Shown here: positions 1-8,861 of the stretch, piece after piece | Position numbering within the stretch: the stretch's first letter is position 1 | How the letters are laid out: each line of letters begins with the position of its first letter | Assembly: GCA_029574005.1 (NCBI GenBank) | Contig: JAKQBR010000178.1 | Coordinates: 1 to 48,204 of the forward strand | Source of the DNA: Deltaproteobacteria bacterium | Lineage (GTDB): Bacteria; Desulfobacterota; Desulfomonilia; UBA1062 | Direction: 5' to 3' | DNA length: 48,204 nucleotides | The notes under the pieces: model-generated | Told to the model about the DNA's origin: nothing | The model's input: the letters and a program-made list of their open reading frames with translations, nothing else | Databases searched by the model: none | Made by a program: the position numbers and the translations under genes

Positions 1-853
1 TTGACGTGCACAATGCCGCGATCTCTTCCCTCACGGTTATGGGGTCGTCGGCCAAGTCAAGGATCTTGTCGAACACCTTGACGGCCTTGGCGGTCATATC
101 CTTTTCGAGCAGGACCTTGCCGAAATTCAAGCCGCGTTCGAGGTTGCGCGGTGATATGCGCACGGCCTGTTCGTAATACTGGGCCGCCTTGTCCATGTCA
201 CCGCGCTGCAGGGCCAGATCGCCTAGAGAGTGGAAGGCGAAGACATCCATGGGATTCATGCGCGCGGCCCTGAGGTAGTACTTTTCGGCGGAAGCGATGT
301 CTCCCTGTTTGCGATACAGGTGGCCCAGTTCCCTGATCGGTCGCGAAGATTTGGGATTGGCATCCAAGGCCTGCATCGCCTCTTTCAGAGCCTCGACCAG
401 CTGTCCCTTTTCTTCGAGAATGCGGGCGTTCTTGAGATGCATGAACATGGGCGGCGGATTGTTGGCCTTGTCGATCACCGACTTGATCCTCTCTTCCAAT
501 GACTTGACCGTGACCGGCTTCAGGATATAGGCGTCGATCTCGCTCTCGGCCGCCTCGGCCACGATCTCCTGGTTGGCGTCAGCCGTGACCATGACGACCG
601 GCATATCACGCAGCTTCCGATCATCCCGGATGTGCCCGAGAAGCTCCACACCGGTCATGATCGGCATATTCCAATCCAGGATGGCCAAGTCGATCTGGGC
701 GTCGGACTTCAGGAGCTTCCAGGCCTCCTGACCGTTATAGGCATAATGGATCTGTCCGCCCACATTCAGGATCTTGAGCATGCTCCTGATAGCCTTGCAC
801 ATGGATTCCATGTCATCAACAATCAAGACGTTCATGGAATGCAGGTCCAACAT
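1..853 (-). CDS. Response regulator: CheY-like receiver fused to TPR repeats (C-terminus cut by window edge)
   Basis: Not in the supplied ORF track because it has no in-window stop. Reverse complement from ATG 853-851 (AGGAGG at 863-858, 4-nt spacer) reads MLDLHSMNVLIVDDMESMCKAIRSML...AILDWNMPIMTGVELL...DAYILKP, which carries the receiver Asp and Lys signatures. TPR-like repeats follow (LGHLYRKQGDIASAEKYYLRAARMNP; LGDLALQRGDMDKAAQYYEQAVRISP). The frame stays open to base 1. Confidence 0.85.
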   Translation of the reverse strand, partial: MLDLHSMNVLIVDDMESMCKAIRSMLKILNVGGQIHYAYNGQEAWKLLKSDAQIDLAILDWNMPIMTGVELLGHIRDDRKLRDMPVVMVTADANQEIVAEAAESEIDAYILKPVTVKSLEERIKSVIDKANNPPPMFMHLKNARILEEKGQLVEALKEAMQALDANPKSSRPIRELGHLYRKQGDIASAEKYYLRAARMNPMDVFAFHSLGDLALQRGDMDKAAQYYEQAVRISPRNLERGLNFGKVLLEKDMTAKAVKVFDKILDLADDPITVREEIAALCTS

Positions 854-1008
854 AGGTCCTCCTGATTATTCTGGAGCGGTAGTATATATGGTATTCTCGG
901 AAGGTTTCATTTTTTGATGAGCCACGAAAACGCCCGAGGGCTTATACCCGATCGAGCCCAAATAAAAATTGCAAAGGCGGTGCATTATGATTATAAGGCC
1001 AGGATACC

Positions 1009-1764
1009 ATGAAGATATCCGCGTGCATGATCACCTTCAATAACGCCCGCACGGTCGAACGCGCGCTCGCAAGCGTCAAACCCTGGGCGGATGAAATCGT
1101 GGTCGTGGACTCCTATTCAACGGACGAGACGCCCTCGATCGTCAGACGCTATACCGAGAATTTCGAACAACGCGCCTGGCCCGGCTTCAGGGACCAGTAC
1201 AACTACTGCATTTCCAAGGCCCGGAACGAGTGGGTGATCTTCATCGACGCCGACGAGGTCATATCACGAGAGCTCGCGCAGGAGATCATGGCGCGCTTGG
1301 ATGGCGACGCCGGGAGCTACCACGGATACATCGCGCACCGCCGCACGTTTTACCTCGGCCGCTGGATCATGCACGGCGGATGGGTGCCCGACTGCGAGAT
1401 CAGGCTCTTTAAAAAATCCGCCGGCGCCTTCGAAGGCGGCCTGCACGCCAACGTCAAGGTAAGGGGACCGGTTGGAGAATTAAAGGCCTTCTACCAGCAC
1501 TTTAATTACCGCGATATCGCGGATCAGATCGACACCATCAACCGCTATTCAGCCACCGCGGCTCAGGACATGTTTTCCGAAGGGCGGCGGTTCCATTTCC
1601 ATGATCTGATCCTGCGGCCGCCCATCCGCTTCATCAAGGAGTATTTTTTCAAGCGCGGATGCTTAGACGGCATGCCGGGACTTGTGATCGCCTGCTCCAC
1701 CATGTATTATGTCTTCATCAAATACGCCAAGCTCTGGGAACTGGAGAAAGGGCTTAAAGGGTAA
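1009..1764 (+). CDS. Family-2 (GT-A fold) glycosyltransferase
   Basis: 251-aa ORF. It has the MITFNN...VVVDSYSTDETP and FIDADE (DxD) motifs typical of GT2 enzymes. AGGA lies 4 nt upstream of the ATG. Confidence 0.85.
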   Translation: MKISACMITFNNARTVERALASVKPWADEIVVVDSYSTDETPSIVRRYTENFEQRAWPGFRDQYNYCISKARNEWVIFIDADEVISRELAQEIMARLDGDAGSYHGYIAHRRTFYLGRWIMHGGWVPDCEIRLFKKSAGAFEGGLHANVKVRGPVGELKAFYQHFNYRDIADQIDTINRYSATAAQDMFSEGRRFHFHDLILRPPIRFIKEYFFKRGCLDGMPGLVIACSTMYYVFIKYAKLWELEKGLKG

Positions 1765-1767
1765 GGC

Positions 1768-2802
1768 ATGACGGACTATAAGGCATTCTTTCAGGGCAAG
1801 AACGTGCTCATCACGGGCGGCCTGGGTTTCGTGGGGTCCAACCTCGCCATCGCACTGGCCGAGGCCGGGGCGAGAGTTACGATCGTGGACAACATGCTGC
1901 CCCGCCAGGGCGGCAACCTCTTCAATATCGAACCGGTCAAAGACAAGGTCAGGGTCAATCTCAGCGATGTACGCAATCAGCTCTCCATGAATCACCTGGT
2001 CAGGGATCAGGAGATCATCTTCCACCTGGCCGGACAGGTCAACCATGTGGACTCCATGCGCAACCCCATCCAGGATCTGGACATCAACTGCCACGGCACG
2101 CTCTCCCTGATGCAGGCCCTGCGCTACCATAACCGTGAGGCCCTCGTGATCTATTCCGGAACGCGGGGCGAATACGGTTCGAGCGTGGCGCTGCCGGTGG
2201 CGGAGGACCATCCCACCAACCCCAAGGGCCTGTATGCCGTGACCAATCTGGCGGCCGAGAAGATGATCATCGTGTACAACCAGGTGTACGGGATACCGTC
2301 GGTATGTCTGCGCATCACCAATACCTATGGTCCGCGGCACCAGATGATGCATGACGAGTACGGGGTCTTCAACTGGTTCATCAAGAAGGCCATCGATAAC
2401 GAACCCCTGCCGGTCTTCGGCGACGGCATGATCATCCGGGACTTCCTCTACATCGACGACCTGGTGGAATGCATGCTCATGACGGCCCGCACGAGCGCGG
2501 CAAGGGGCGAGGTGTTCAACGTGGGCGCCGGTCAGCCCGTGACATTTCGGGCACTGGCCGAGAAGATCGTGGCGATCGCGGGTTCGGGCAGCTGCACCTT
2601 CACCGAGTTCACGCGCGAGCGCTCCGAGGTGGAGCCCGGCGATTACTGGGCCGACATCGGCAAGATCAAGCGCGTGGTAGGCTGGGAACCCAGGACCTCC
2701 ATGGAAGACGGCATCCGCGCCACAATCGAGTTCTATCGCCGCAACCGCGAACACTACTGGCTGGAAGACCGCCGGCCGGAAGATATCGACGTGGTGCTCT
2801 AA
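1768..2802 (+). CDS. NAD-dependent sugar-nucleotide epimerase/dehydratase (extended SDR) with atypical YxxxN motif
   Basis: 344-aa ORF starting 3 nt after the GT2 stop. Rossmann motif VLITGGLGFVGSNL. The active-site stretch reads LYAVTNLAAEK, so the usual YxxxK lysine position is Asn (codon aat 2245-2247). Confidence 0.85.
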   Translation: MTDYKAFFQGKNVLITGGLGFVGSNLAIALAEAGARVTIVDNMLPRQGGNLFNIEPVKDKVRVNLSDVRNQLSMNHLVRDQEIIFHLAGQVNHVDSMRNPIQDLDINCHGTLSLMQALRYHNREALVIYSGTRGEYGSSVALPVAEDHPTNPKGLYAVTNLAAEKMIIVYNQVYGIPSVCLRITNTYGPRHQMMHDEYGVFNWFIKKAIDNEPLPVFGDGMIIRDFLYIDDLVECMLMTARTSAARGEVFNVGAGQPVTFRALAEKIVAIAGSGSCTFTEFTRERSEVEPGDYWADIGKIKRVVGWEPRTSMEDGIRATIEFYRRNREHYWLEDRRPEDIDVVL

Positions 2803-2805
2803 GGC

Positions 2806-3906
2806 ATGGGTATCGATTTTTTCGATTTCAAGCGCGAGATAGCAGCAGAAGGCGCTGAGATCCTCGCCGCCCTCGAGAAGGCGTTGCGTTCCGGGCGCTA
2901 CATCCTGGGTGAGGAGGGGGCACGCTTTGAGGAGCGCTTTGCCGGTGTGTGCGGGTGCCGCCACGCCCTCGGCGTGGCCAGCGGCACGGACGCGCTCTTC
3001 CTGGTCTTGAAGGCCTGGGGGGTCGGGCAGGGTGACGAGGTTATCACGGTGGCCAATACGTTCGCCGCCACGGCCCTGGCCATCGCCTATACCGGCGCAA
3101 CCCCGGTGTTCGTCGATATCGCGCCGGATTCCCACCTGATCGATCCAAGGTGCATCGAGGCGGCCATCACCCGGAAGACCAAGGCCATCATACCGGTACA
3201 CCTCTACGGACAATGCGCGGATATGGACGCCATCATGGCCATTGCCGACCGGCACGGAGTGGCGGTGCTCGAGGATGCCTGCCAGGCCCATGGCGCGCTG
3301 TATCGGGGCAGGCAAGCGGGCGGCCTGGGCCATGCCGCGGCCTTCAGCTTCTATCCGACCAAGAACCTGGGCGCCTACGGCGATGCCGGGGCGATCACGA
3401 CCAATGACGCGGACCTCGATGGAAGGCTCCGCCTGCTGCGCAACTACGGTCAGACCGACCGCTACCATCATGTCATCAAGGGCTACAACTCGCGTCTGGA
3501 CGAACTTCAGGCGGCCCTCTTGAACGCCAAGCTCAAGCGCTTCATGGACTGGACCGCCCGCCGGCAGGAGGTGGCGCGGCGCTATGACGAGCATCTGGCC
3601 GGCATCAACCTGATACCGCTCAGACTCGAAGAGGGCTCGACGCATGTGTATCACCAGTACGTGATCACCGTGCCTGAGCGCGACGCCCTGCAGGAGCACC
3701 TGAAGAGTCGCGGGATCGCGACCCTGATCCACTATCCCGTACCGCTCCACAGGCAAGCGGCCTTCGGCGATGCCAGAGTGGTGGGCGATTTGCGGCAGAC
3801 CGAGCTGAGGGCCGCGCAGATCCTGAGCCTGCCCGTCCATCCCTGGCTGAAGGATCAGGAGGTGGACCAGATCATAGGCGCTGTCCTGGATTTTGTGCGC
3901 CGGTGA
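2806..3906 (+). CDS. DegT/DnrJ/EryC1/StrS-family PLP-dependent sugar aminotransferase
   Basis: 366 aa. Family hallmarks are GDEVITVANTFAAT, EDACQAHGA and the PLP-lysine block AFSFYPTKNLGAYGDAGA. Confidence 0.9.
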   Translation: MGIDFFDFKREIAAEGAEILAALEKALRSGRYILGEEGARFEERFAGVCGCRHALGVASGTDALFLVLKAWGVGQGDEVITVANTFAATALAIAYTGATPVFVDIAPDSHLIDPRCIEAAITRKTKAIIPVHLYGQCADMDAIMAIADRHGVAVLEDACQAHGALYRGRQAGGLGHAAAFSFYPTKNLGAYGDAGAITTNDADLDGRLRLLRNYGQTDRYHHVIKGYNSRLDELQAALLNAKLKRFMDWTARRQEVARRYDEHLAGINLIPLRLEEGSTHVYHQYVITVPERDALQEHLKSRGIATLIHYPVPLHRQAAFGDARVVGDLRQTELRAAQILSLPVHPWLKDQEVDQIIGAVLDFVRR

Positions 3907-3921
3907 CCTACGGCACGTGCC

Positions 3922-5028
3922 ATGAAGATATGCATCGCCATTGAAAAGTTCGATCCGGCCGTGGGCGGGGCCGAACGCTACTGCTGGGACCTGGCGCACT
4001 ACCTGGCCGGCAGGGGGCACCGTGTGGCCGTCGTCTGCATGCATGCGGCCAACGGCCTGGCATCCTCCATAACCGTGCGGCGTGTGCGCCCCCTCAAGTT
4101 CCCCCAGGGCTTGAGGCACCTGAGCTTTGCACTGCTGCACCGTCAGGTGGCGCGCGGCATGCCCGACTATATCCATTTCGGCGTGGGCAACACCTTTTTC
4201 ATGGATATCTATCAGCCCCATGGCGGGGTGCACAAGGCCTGGTTCGAGCGCGACAGCCTGCGCACAGCGCCGTCCATCAGACCCTGCCTGCGCCTCCTCA
4301 AGCGCCTGAGCCTCAAGGATATGGTTCAACGCGGCCTGGAGTGGTGGACCTTCAAGATGACCCGGCCGCGCGTGATCGCCATCTCAGAGATGGTGGCGCG
4401 CGATATCCGGGACCTGTTCGGGTATCCTCAAGAGCGTATCCGCCTGATCCCCAACGGCATCGACCAGGTCAAGTTCAGCCCGGACAAGCGCGCCAAGCGC
4501 CGGGAGGTTAGGGAGCGAATTGGCCTTAAGGACGGCGAGTTCGTGTTCGTGTTCGTCGCCAACAACCTGGCCCTGAAAGGCTTTCACGTACTCCTGGAGG
4601 CCTGCCGACGGATCGATCCCCGGCACTTCAAGGTGCTGGTGATCGGGCCGGCCTCCGGGAAAGACCAGGCCGAGGCCCAGAGGCTTGATGGGACCGTCGT
4701 CTTCGGCGGCAGAGCAACGGACCTGGAATATATCTATCCGGCCTGCGATTGCCTCGTGCATCCGAGCTACTACGATGCCTGTTCGCTGGTGGTGCTCGAA
4801 GCCCTTGCCTCGGGCATCCCGGTCATCACCACCTCCGCCAACGGCGCCGGCATGTTCGTGGGCGGGAGCGGCCGCGTCATCCCGCCCGCGGATCCTGACG
4901 CCCTGGCCCATGCCATGAGAGAGGCATGCTCGGGTAAGGTCGTCCTCAGCCAGGCAGTGGTCTTCAAAGATCAGGACGCTGTCTTTGCCGAGGTCGAGGC
5001 ATACATGCTATCGGGAGGGGAGGCATGA
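3922..5028 (+). CDS. GT-B fold (GT4-like) glycosyltransferase
   Basis: 368 aa. C-terminal signature LVHPSYYDACSLVVLEALASGIPVITT (EX7E-like). 15-nt gap after the aminotransferase gene. Confidence 0.8.
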   Translation: MKICIAIEKFDPAVGGAERYCWDLAHYLAGRGHRVAVVCMHAANGLASSITVRRVRPLKFPQGLRHLSFALLHRQVARGMPDYIHFGVGNTFFMDIYQPHGGVHKAWFERDSLRTAPSIRPCLRLLKRLSLKDMVQRGLEWWTFKMTRPRVIAISEMVARDIRDLFGYPQERIRLIPNGIDQVKFSPDKRAKRREVRERIGLKDGEFVFVFVANNLALKGFHVLLEACRRIDPRHFKVLVIGPASGKDQAEAQRLDGTVVFGGRATDLEYIYPACDCLVHPSYYDACSLVVLEALASGIPVITTSANGAGMFVGGSGRVIPPADPDALAHAMREACSGKVVLSQAVVFKDQDAVFAEVEAYMLSGGEA

Positions 5029-6017
5029 AGGTTCTGGCCCTCATCCAGGGTATGACGGTGGCGGCCAGCCGTTACCGCATCCTGCAGTACCTGCCGTATC
5101 TCGAGGGGCGGGGCATCCAGACCGATGTCCGCGAATTTCCCCGCACCCTTGGCCAGTATGCCCGCCTGTATCAGACGGCCGCCGACTATGACTGCATCTT
5201 CGTGCAGCGCAAGCGCTTCCATTTCCCGTTCCTGAAACCGTTGCGACAGCGCGCACGGCGCATCGTCTACGACCTCGACGACGCCGTGATGTACAAGAAT
5301 TCCCTGGCCGGCCGCCCCTATTCGCGCACCCGCCGGGCGCGTTTCGAGGCCATGGTGGCTGCCAGCGACTGTGTCGTGGCCGGCAACAGCTTCCTGCGCG
5401 ACCAGACACTTCTCTACAACGATAGGGTGACCGTGATCCCGACCTCCATCCCTGCGGATCGCTACAGCCTCAAGGACTATGCCAGGACCAAGGAGGTCGT
5501 GACCATCGGCTGGATCGGCGACCACGGCAGCATCCACTATCTTCAGGCCCTGCAGCCGGTCTTCGAGGAGATCGGAAGGCTTTTCCCCGGCAGGGTGGAA
5601 CTCAAGATCATCTGCGATGTCTTCTTCGACTGCGAGTATATCCCAGTCAGAAAGGTCATGTGGAGTGAGCACAGCGAGGTCGAGGAGCTGAAAGGCATCG
5701 ACATCGGCGTCATGCCCTTGAAGGACGACCCCTGGTCATGGGGTAAGTGCGGGCTCAAGATCCTGCAGTATTTCGGCGTGGGCGTGCCGGCCGTCTGCAC
5801 GCCGGTGGGGGTGAACCGGGATGTGGTGACGCCGGGGCGCAACGGCGCCTGGGCCAAATCGCACGAGGAATGGGTCAGCGCCCTGGCGCGCTTCATAGCG
5901 GACGGCGAACTGCGGAAAAGAGCCGGTCTGGCTGGCCGAGAAACCCTGGAGCGGGGTTATACCCTCGAAGTCAATGCCCCCAGGCTGGTGTCCGCCATCA
6001 CCGGCACCGGACGGTAA
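5025..6017 (+). CDS. GT-B fold glycosyltransferase (group 1-like)
   Basis: 330 aa. ATGA start/stop overlap with the upstream gene (5025-5028). C-terminal block GVMPLKDDPWSWGKCGLKILQYFGVGVPAVCTPVGVN resembles GT-B nucleotide-sugar binding domains. Confidence 0.7.
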   Translation: MKVLALIQGMTVAASRYRILQYLPYLEGRGIQTDVREFPRTLGQYARLYQTAADYDCIFVQRKRFHFPFLKPLRQRARRIVYDLDDAVMYKNSLAGRPYSRTRRARFEAMVAASDCVVAGNSFLRDQTLLYNDRVTVIPTSIPADRYSLKDYARTKEVVTIGWIGDHGSIHYLQALQPVFEEIGRLFPGRVELKIICDVFFDCEYIPVRKVMWSEHSEVEELKGIDIGVMPLKDDPWSWGKCGLKILQYFGVGVPAVCTPVGVNRDVVTPGRNGAWAKSHEEWVSALARFIADGELRKRAGLAGRETLERGYTLEVNAPRLVSAITGTGR

Positions 6018-6027
6018 GGCCGCGTTC

Positions 6028-7029
6028 TCATAAGCTCTTGCCGGTCTGATCCATGATGAACCGCCAGCAATCGAGGATATCATCGCGTTCCCGTTCAGGG
6101 GAATACGTCTGTCTGATGAAGTCCGAGGCCCGGCGGGCCATGCGCCGGATGGTCTCGGGCTCTTCGCGGTGCAGGCTAAGCACGGTGCTCACGGTTTGGG
6201 CAAAGCTCAGGATATCACCCATCTCGACCGGGAAGCAGAACTCGGGCTTGAAGTACTCGCGGCCGCCCATGCCGTGATACCCCACCACGATGCACCCGCA
6301 GGCCATGGCCTCGGCCGGGGGCAGGGAAAACCCTTCCGGATAGCCGAAGCTCAAGAACATGAGCGATTCCTGCATGATACGGGCGGTCTGCTTTTCGCTT
6401 AGGCCTTCGATGGGAACCACGCCGACACCCTCCAGGTCGCCCGCGAATCTCAGGATATTGATGACCTGCAGGGCATGGTCGGGGTTTTTGCGGGGCATGA
6501 AACAGATCTGGGGCTTCTTTTCAGTCTGGAAGAAGAACAACTTCGGGTCGATGGCGTTATGGATGCGCAGCACCGGAAGATGGGGGAAGGCCCGCATCAG
6601 ATAGGCACGGTTGTCGTCCGAGACTACCATGGCCGCCCTGACGCCCGGGTCGGTATACAGCACACGGCGCGCATGCACGTCCATGGACAGCCCGCCGAAG
6701 GTGTTGTAGGCGTTCTGGTTGAAGACCACCTTGGCCGCCGGGGAGGCAAAGAGCTTCCTGAAAACGCGCGCCGCCTTGGGGCGCTCCTCGGGATGGGCGT
6801 ACAGGGGGCCGTAGACCTCGGGGATGACGAGATAATCTTCGGCCGTGAGCGTAATCCTGCCCATATAGGCCACGCGGGTAGCGTTCTCGAACCAGGTGCA
6901 GCGAAAGCCCCGCTTGCGGTGCAGGACCGAGGCCCGGATACCGTTGGCGTTCAGGACATCCACGTCGCGGTAGATGATCTTCACCCCACCCACGGGGGTG
7001 TTGTAATCCGGCGACCAGTAATAGATCAT
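6028..7029 (-). CDS. GT-B fold glycosyltransferase
   Basis: The ORF track gives 6028-7122. I start at ATG 7029 (MIYYWSPDYNTPVGGVKIIY...) because the extension is low-complexity and overlaps the upstream acetyltransferase gene. EX7E-type block FLSFGYPEGFSLPPAEAMACGCIVVG. Confidence 0.7.
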   Translation of the reverse strand: MIYYWSPDYNTPVGGVKIIYRDVDVLNANGIRASVLHRKRGFRCTWFENATRVAYMGRITLTAEDYLVIPEVYGPLYAHPEERPKAARVFRKLFASPAAKVVFNQNAYNTFGGLSMDVHARRVLYTDPGVRAAMVVSDDNRAYLMRAFPHLPVLRIHNAIDPKLFFFQTEKKPQICFMPRKNPDHALQVINILRFAGDLEGVGVVPIEGLSEKQTARIMQESLMFLSFGYPEGFSLPPAEAMACGCIVVGYHGMGGREYFKPEFCFPVEMGDILSFAQTVSTVLSLHREEPETIRRMARRASDFIRQTYSPERERDDILDCWRFIMDQTGKSL

Positions 7030-7045
7030 GGGCGTGCCCCTTGAT

Positions 7046-7798
7046 TCATGGCGTTCGACGGCCGTCGTCGCCGTGTTCGCAGAAGTCCAGAAAATCGGCG
7101 AACGACGGGAAGCGGGGGGCATGGCTGCGTTTGAATGTCTCGTAGTATTCCGGCGAGGTCTGCCTGATCACGTCGATGCCCGCCGCCTCGGCTTCGGCGG
7201 CGCCTGCGAAGAGGTAGAAGAACTCGGTGAAGTCCGCAAGCGTCGGCATCGCGCCGCGATTTTTCCTGATCGACAAGGCGAACTCCCTGGCCTCGTCGAG
7301 CTCGCGCCGCCGGTATTTCTGGTAGAGCTCATCGATGCTCATGATGACGCGGGCCGGGTTGCCGGCGGCCACGGTGTTGTCGGGTATGCGGCCTTTTACC
7401 ACGCTGCCGGCGCCGATCACGCAGTTGTTGCCGATAACCGTGTTCTTTAAGACCATGCTGCGCATGCCGATGAAGCAGTTGTCGCCGATGGTGACTGGCC
7501 CGGCCGATCCGAAGCACTCGCCGGGGTGGAGCTCTCGCAGGACGCTGTAATCGAAGCCATGGGTAAGGATGGCAACCTCCAGGGATATCTTGACCTTGTT
7601 GCCGATGGTGATGAGCTCCGGATTGCTGGGGTCGACGAACTGGGTGGCGGGCCGGAAGAACTCGCAGCCCTCGCCGATGCGCGCGCCTTTGCGGCGCAGG
7701 TAAGCGATATAGGACTCGGAGCTGCGATTGGCCACATCACGTTTGGTCGGCAGCGAGAACTTGCGTCTGAAAAAAAGCAGCCACTTCTCCAACGACAT
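7046..7798 (-). CDS. Hexapeptide-repeat (left-handed beta-helix) acetyl/acyltransferase
   Basis: The ORF track gives 7046-7912. I start at ATG 7798 (MSLEKWLLFF...). Hexapeptide repeats are ITIGNKVKIS and VTIGDNCFIGMRSMVLKNTVIGNNCVIGAGSVVKGRIPDNTVAAGNPARV. Confidence 0.8.
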   Translation of the reverse strand: MSLEKWLLFFRRKFSLPTKRDVANRSSESYIAYLRRKGARIGEGCEFFRPATQFVDPSNPELITIGNKVKISLEVAILTHGFDYSVLRELHPGECFGSAGPVTIGDNCFIGMRSMVLKNTVIGNNCVIGAGSVVKGRIPDNTVAAGNPARVIMSIDELYQKYRRRELDEAREFALSIRKNRGAMPTLADFTEFFYLFAGAAEAEAAGIDVIRQTSPEYYETFKRSHAPRFPSFADFLDFCEHGDDGRRTP

Positions 7799-7911
7799 GT
7801 CTTCTCTAATCCCTCCGTCCGTCGCATCGTATGTGCAGGCGCGAGAAAAATCAAGCCTCATTCCATCTCTCGCCGCTTGCGTCTTACGGCGAACTTCCCT
7901 ATAGTCAGCCA

Positions 7912-8823
7912 ATGCAGCCGCGTAAACCGAAATTGCCAGCGTGGGTGAGTGAGCGCATCCCGGGATGGACTCTCTCGCCTTCGGTTGTGCTCCTGATGGC
8001 CGCCATCATCTGCGGCCTGGTGATCTGGCTGGCGCTCGAGCACCGCGGCGCGGATGGATCACGGCGGATGCTCGCCGACGAGCAGGCCGGGGTGGTGCGT
8101 ATGGCGGCCGGCGCTCTGGAGGCGAGCCTCGGCATGCCCTTGTCACAGGCCGCCATCATGGCCCGCTATGACCTGGGAGAGTTCTTTCAAGGCCAAGGGG
8201 CGATCGGGTCGGTCGTGGACCGTCTGCAGGCGGGCCTGGCCGCATACCCGGACGTGATCGCCTATACCCTCGTGGATATCGGCGGTGAACTGGTCTATGC
8301 GCAAGGCATCGAGTCCGAGGCGGGAGACGCGGCCATCAACCGGTCGCTGGAGTGGGTCAAGCAGCTCCGGCTCGATGCCGCCATGCCGCCGGATGCCGTG
8401 ACCATGACCACGCCGGAAACCGCGGCGTCCCTCACGACGATCGGCCAGCTTTTCCCCGTGCGTCTGCGTGATGAGACCGTGGGCGCATTGATCGTGGCCA
8501 TCGATATCAGGAAGGCGGCCGCGCGGGTCTTCGAACCGGCGAAAGACCGCGTGTCGGGCTGTTTCCACCTCATGGATTCCCGGGGCGCCATTCTCCATCA
8601 AACAGGGCACAAAGCCGCCGGGGCGGCGCTCAATCAGGTGCGGCGGGAAGATCTCGATGACCTGCTGGCGCGTATGCGGCAGGAGCGCTCAGGCACCGTC
8701 GTCTGCAGACAGACCGGGGCACTTTCCGGGTTGTTGCCGCCCCGCATGCTCGTTTCCTGGGACCACCTCATGGTGGGACCGGGATCGTTTGTCGTCTGCC
8801 GCACCGCGCCCATGCGGCGCTGA
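7912..8823 (+). CDS. Membrane-anchored protein with extracytoplasmic double-Cache-like sensor region and no output domain
   Basis: ORF 7831-8823. I prefer ATG 7912 (MQPRKPKLPAWVSER...), which leaves a short basic N-terminus before one hydrophobic span (VVLLMAAIICGLVIWLAL). Two sensor-like blocks are present (YTLVDIGGELVYAQG; CFHLMDSRGAILHQTGH). The protein ends without a second TM, HAMP, kinase, MCP or GGDEF region. The start codon is uncertain and there is no clear RBS. Confidence 0.55.
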   Translation: MQPRKPKLPAWVSERIPGWTLSPSVVLLMAAIICGLVIWLALEHRGADGSRRMLADEQAGVVRMAAGALEASLGMPLSQAAIMARYDLGEFFQGQGAIGSVVDRLQAGLAAYPDVIAYTLVDIGGELVYAQGIESEAGDAAINRSLEWVKQLRLDAAMPPDAVTMTTPETAASLTTIGQLFPVRLRDETVGALIVAIDIRKAAARVFEPAKDRVSGCFHLMDSRGAILHQTGHKAAGAALNQVRREDLDDLLARMRQERSGTVVCRQTGALSGLLPPRMLVSWDHLMVGPGSFVVCRTAPMRR

Positions 8824-8861
8824 GGACAGGGTGATGTCTCACGTATAGGGGGGCAGGTTCC

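Noticed and set aside
969-997. TTGCAA-N17-TATAAG sigma-70-like promoter upstream of the GT2 gene
   Set aside because: The implied TSS (~1004) would leave a leader of about 5 nt and remove the AGGA RBS. It cannot be supported without TSS data.
1663-4329. 888-aa minus-strand ORF spanning three plus-strand sugar genes
   Set aside because: It is antisense to three ORFs with clear family motifs (GT2 end, SDR, DegT, GT4 start). Its translation is low-complexity and Ala/Gly/Arg/His-rich. This is a typical stop-free shadow frame in GC-rich DNA.
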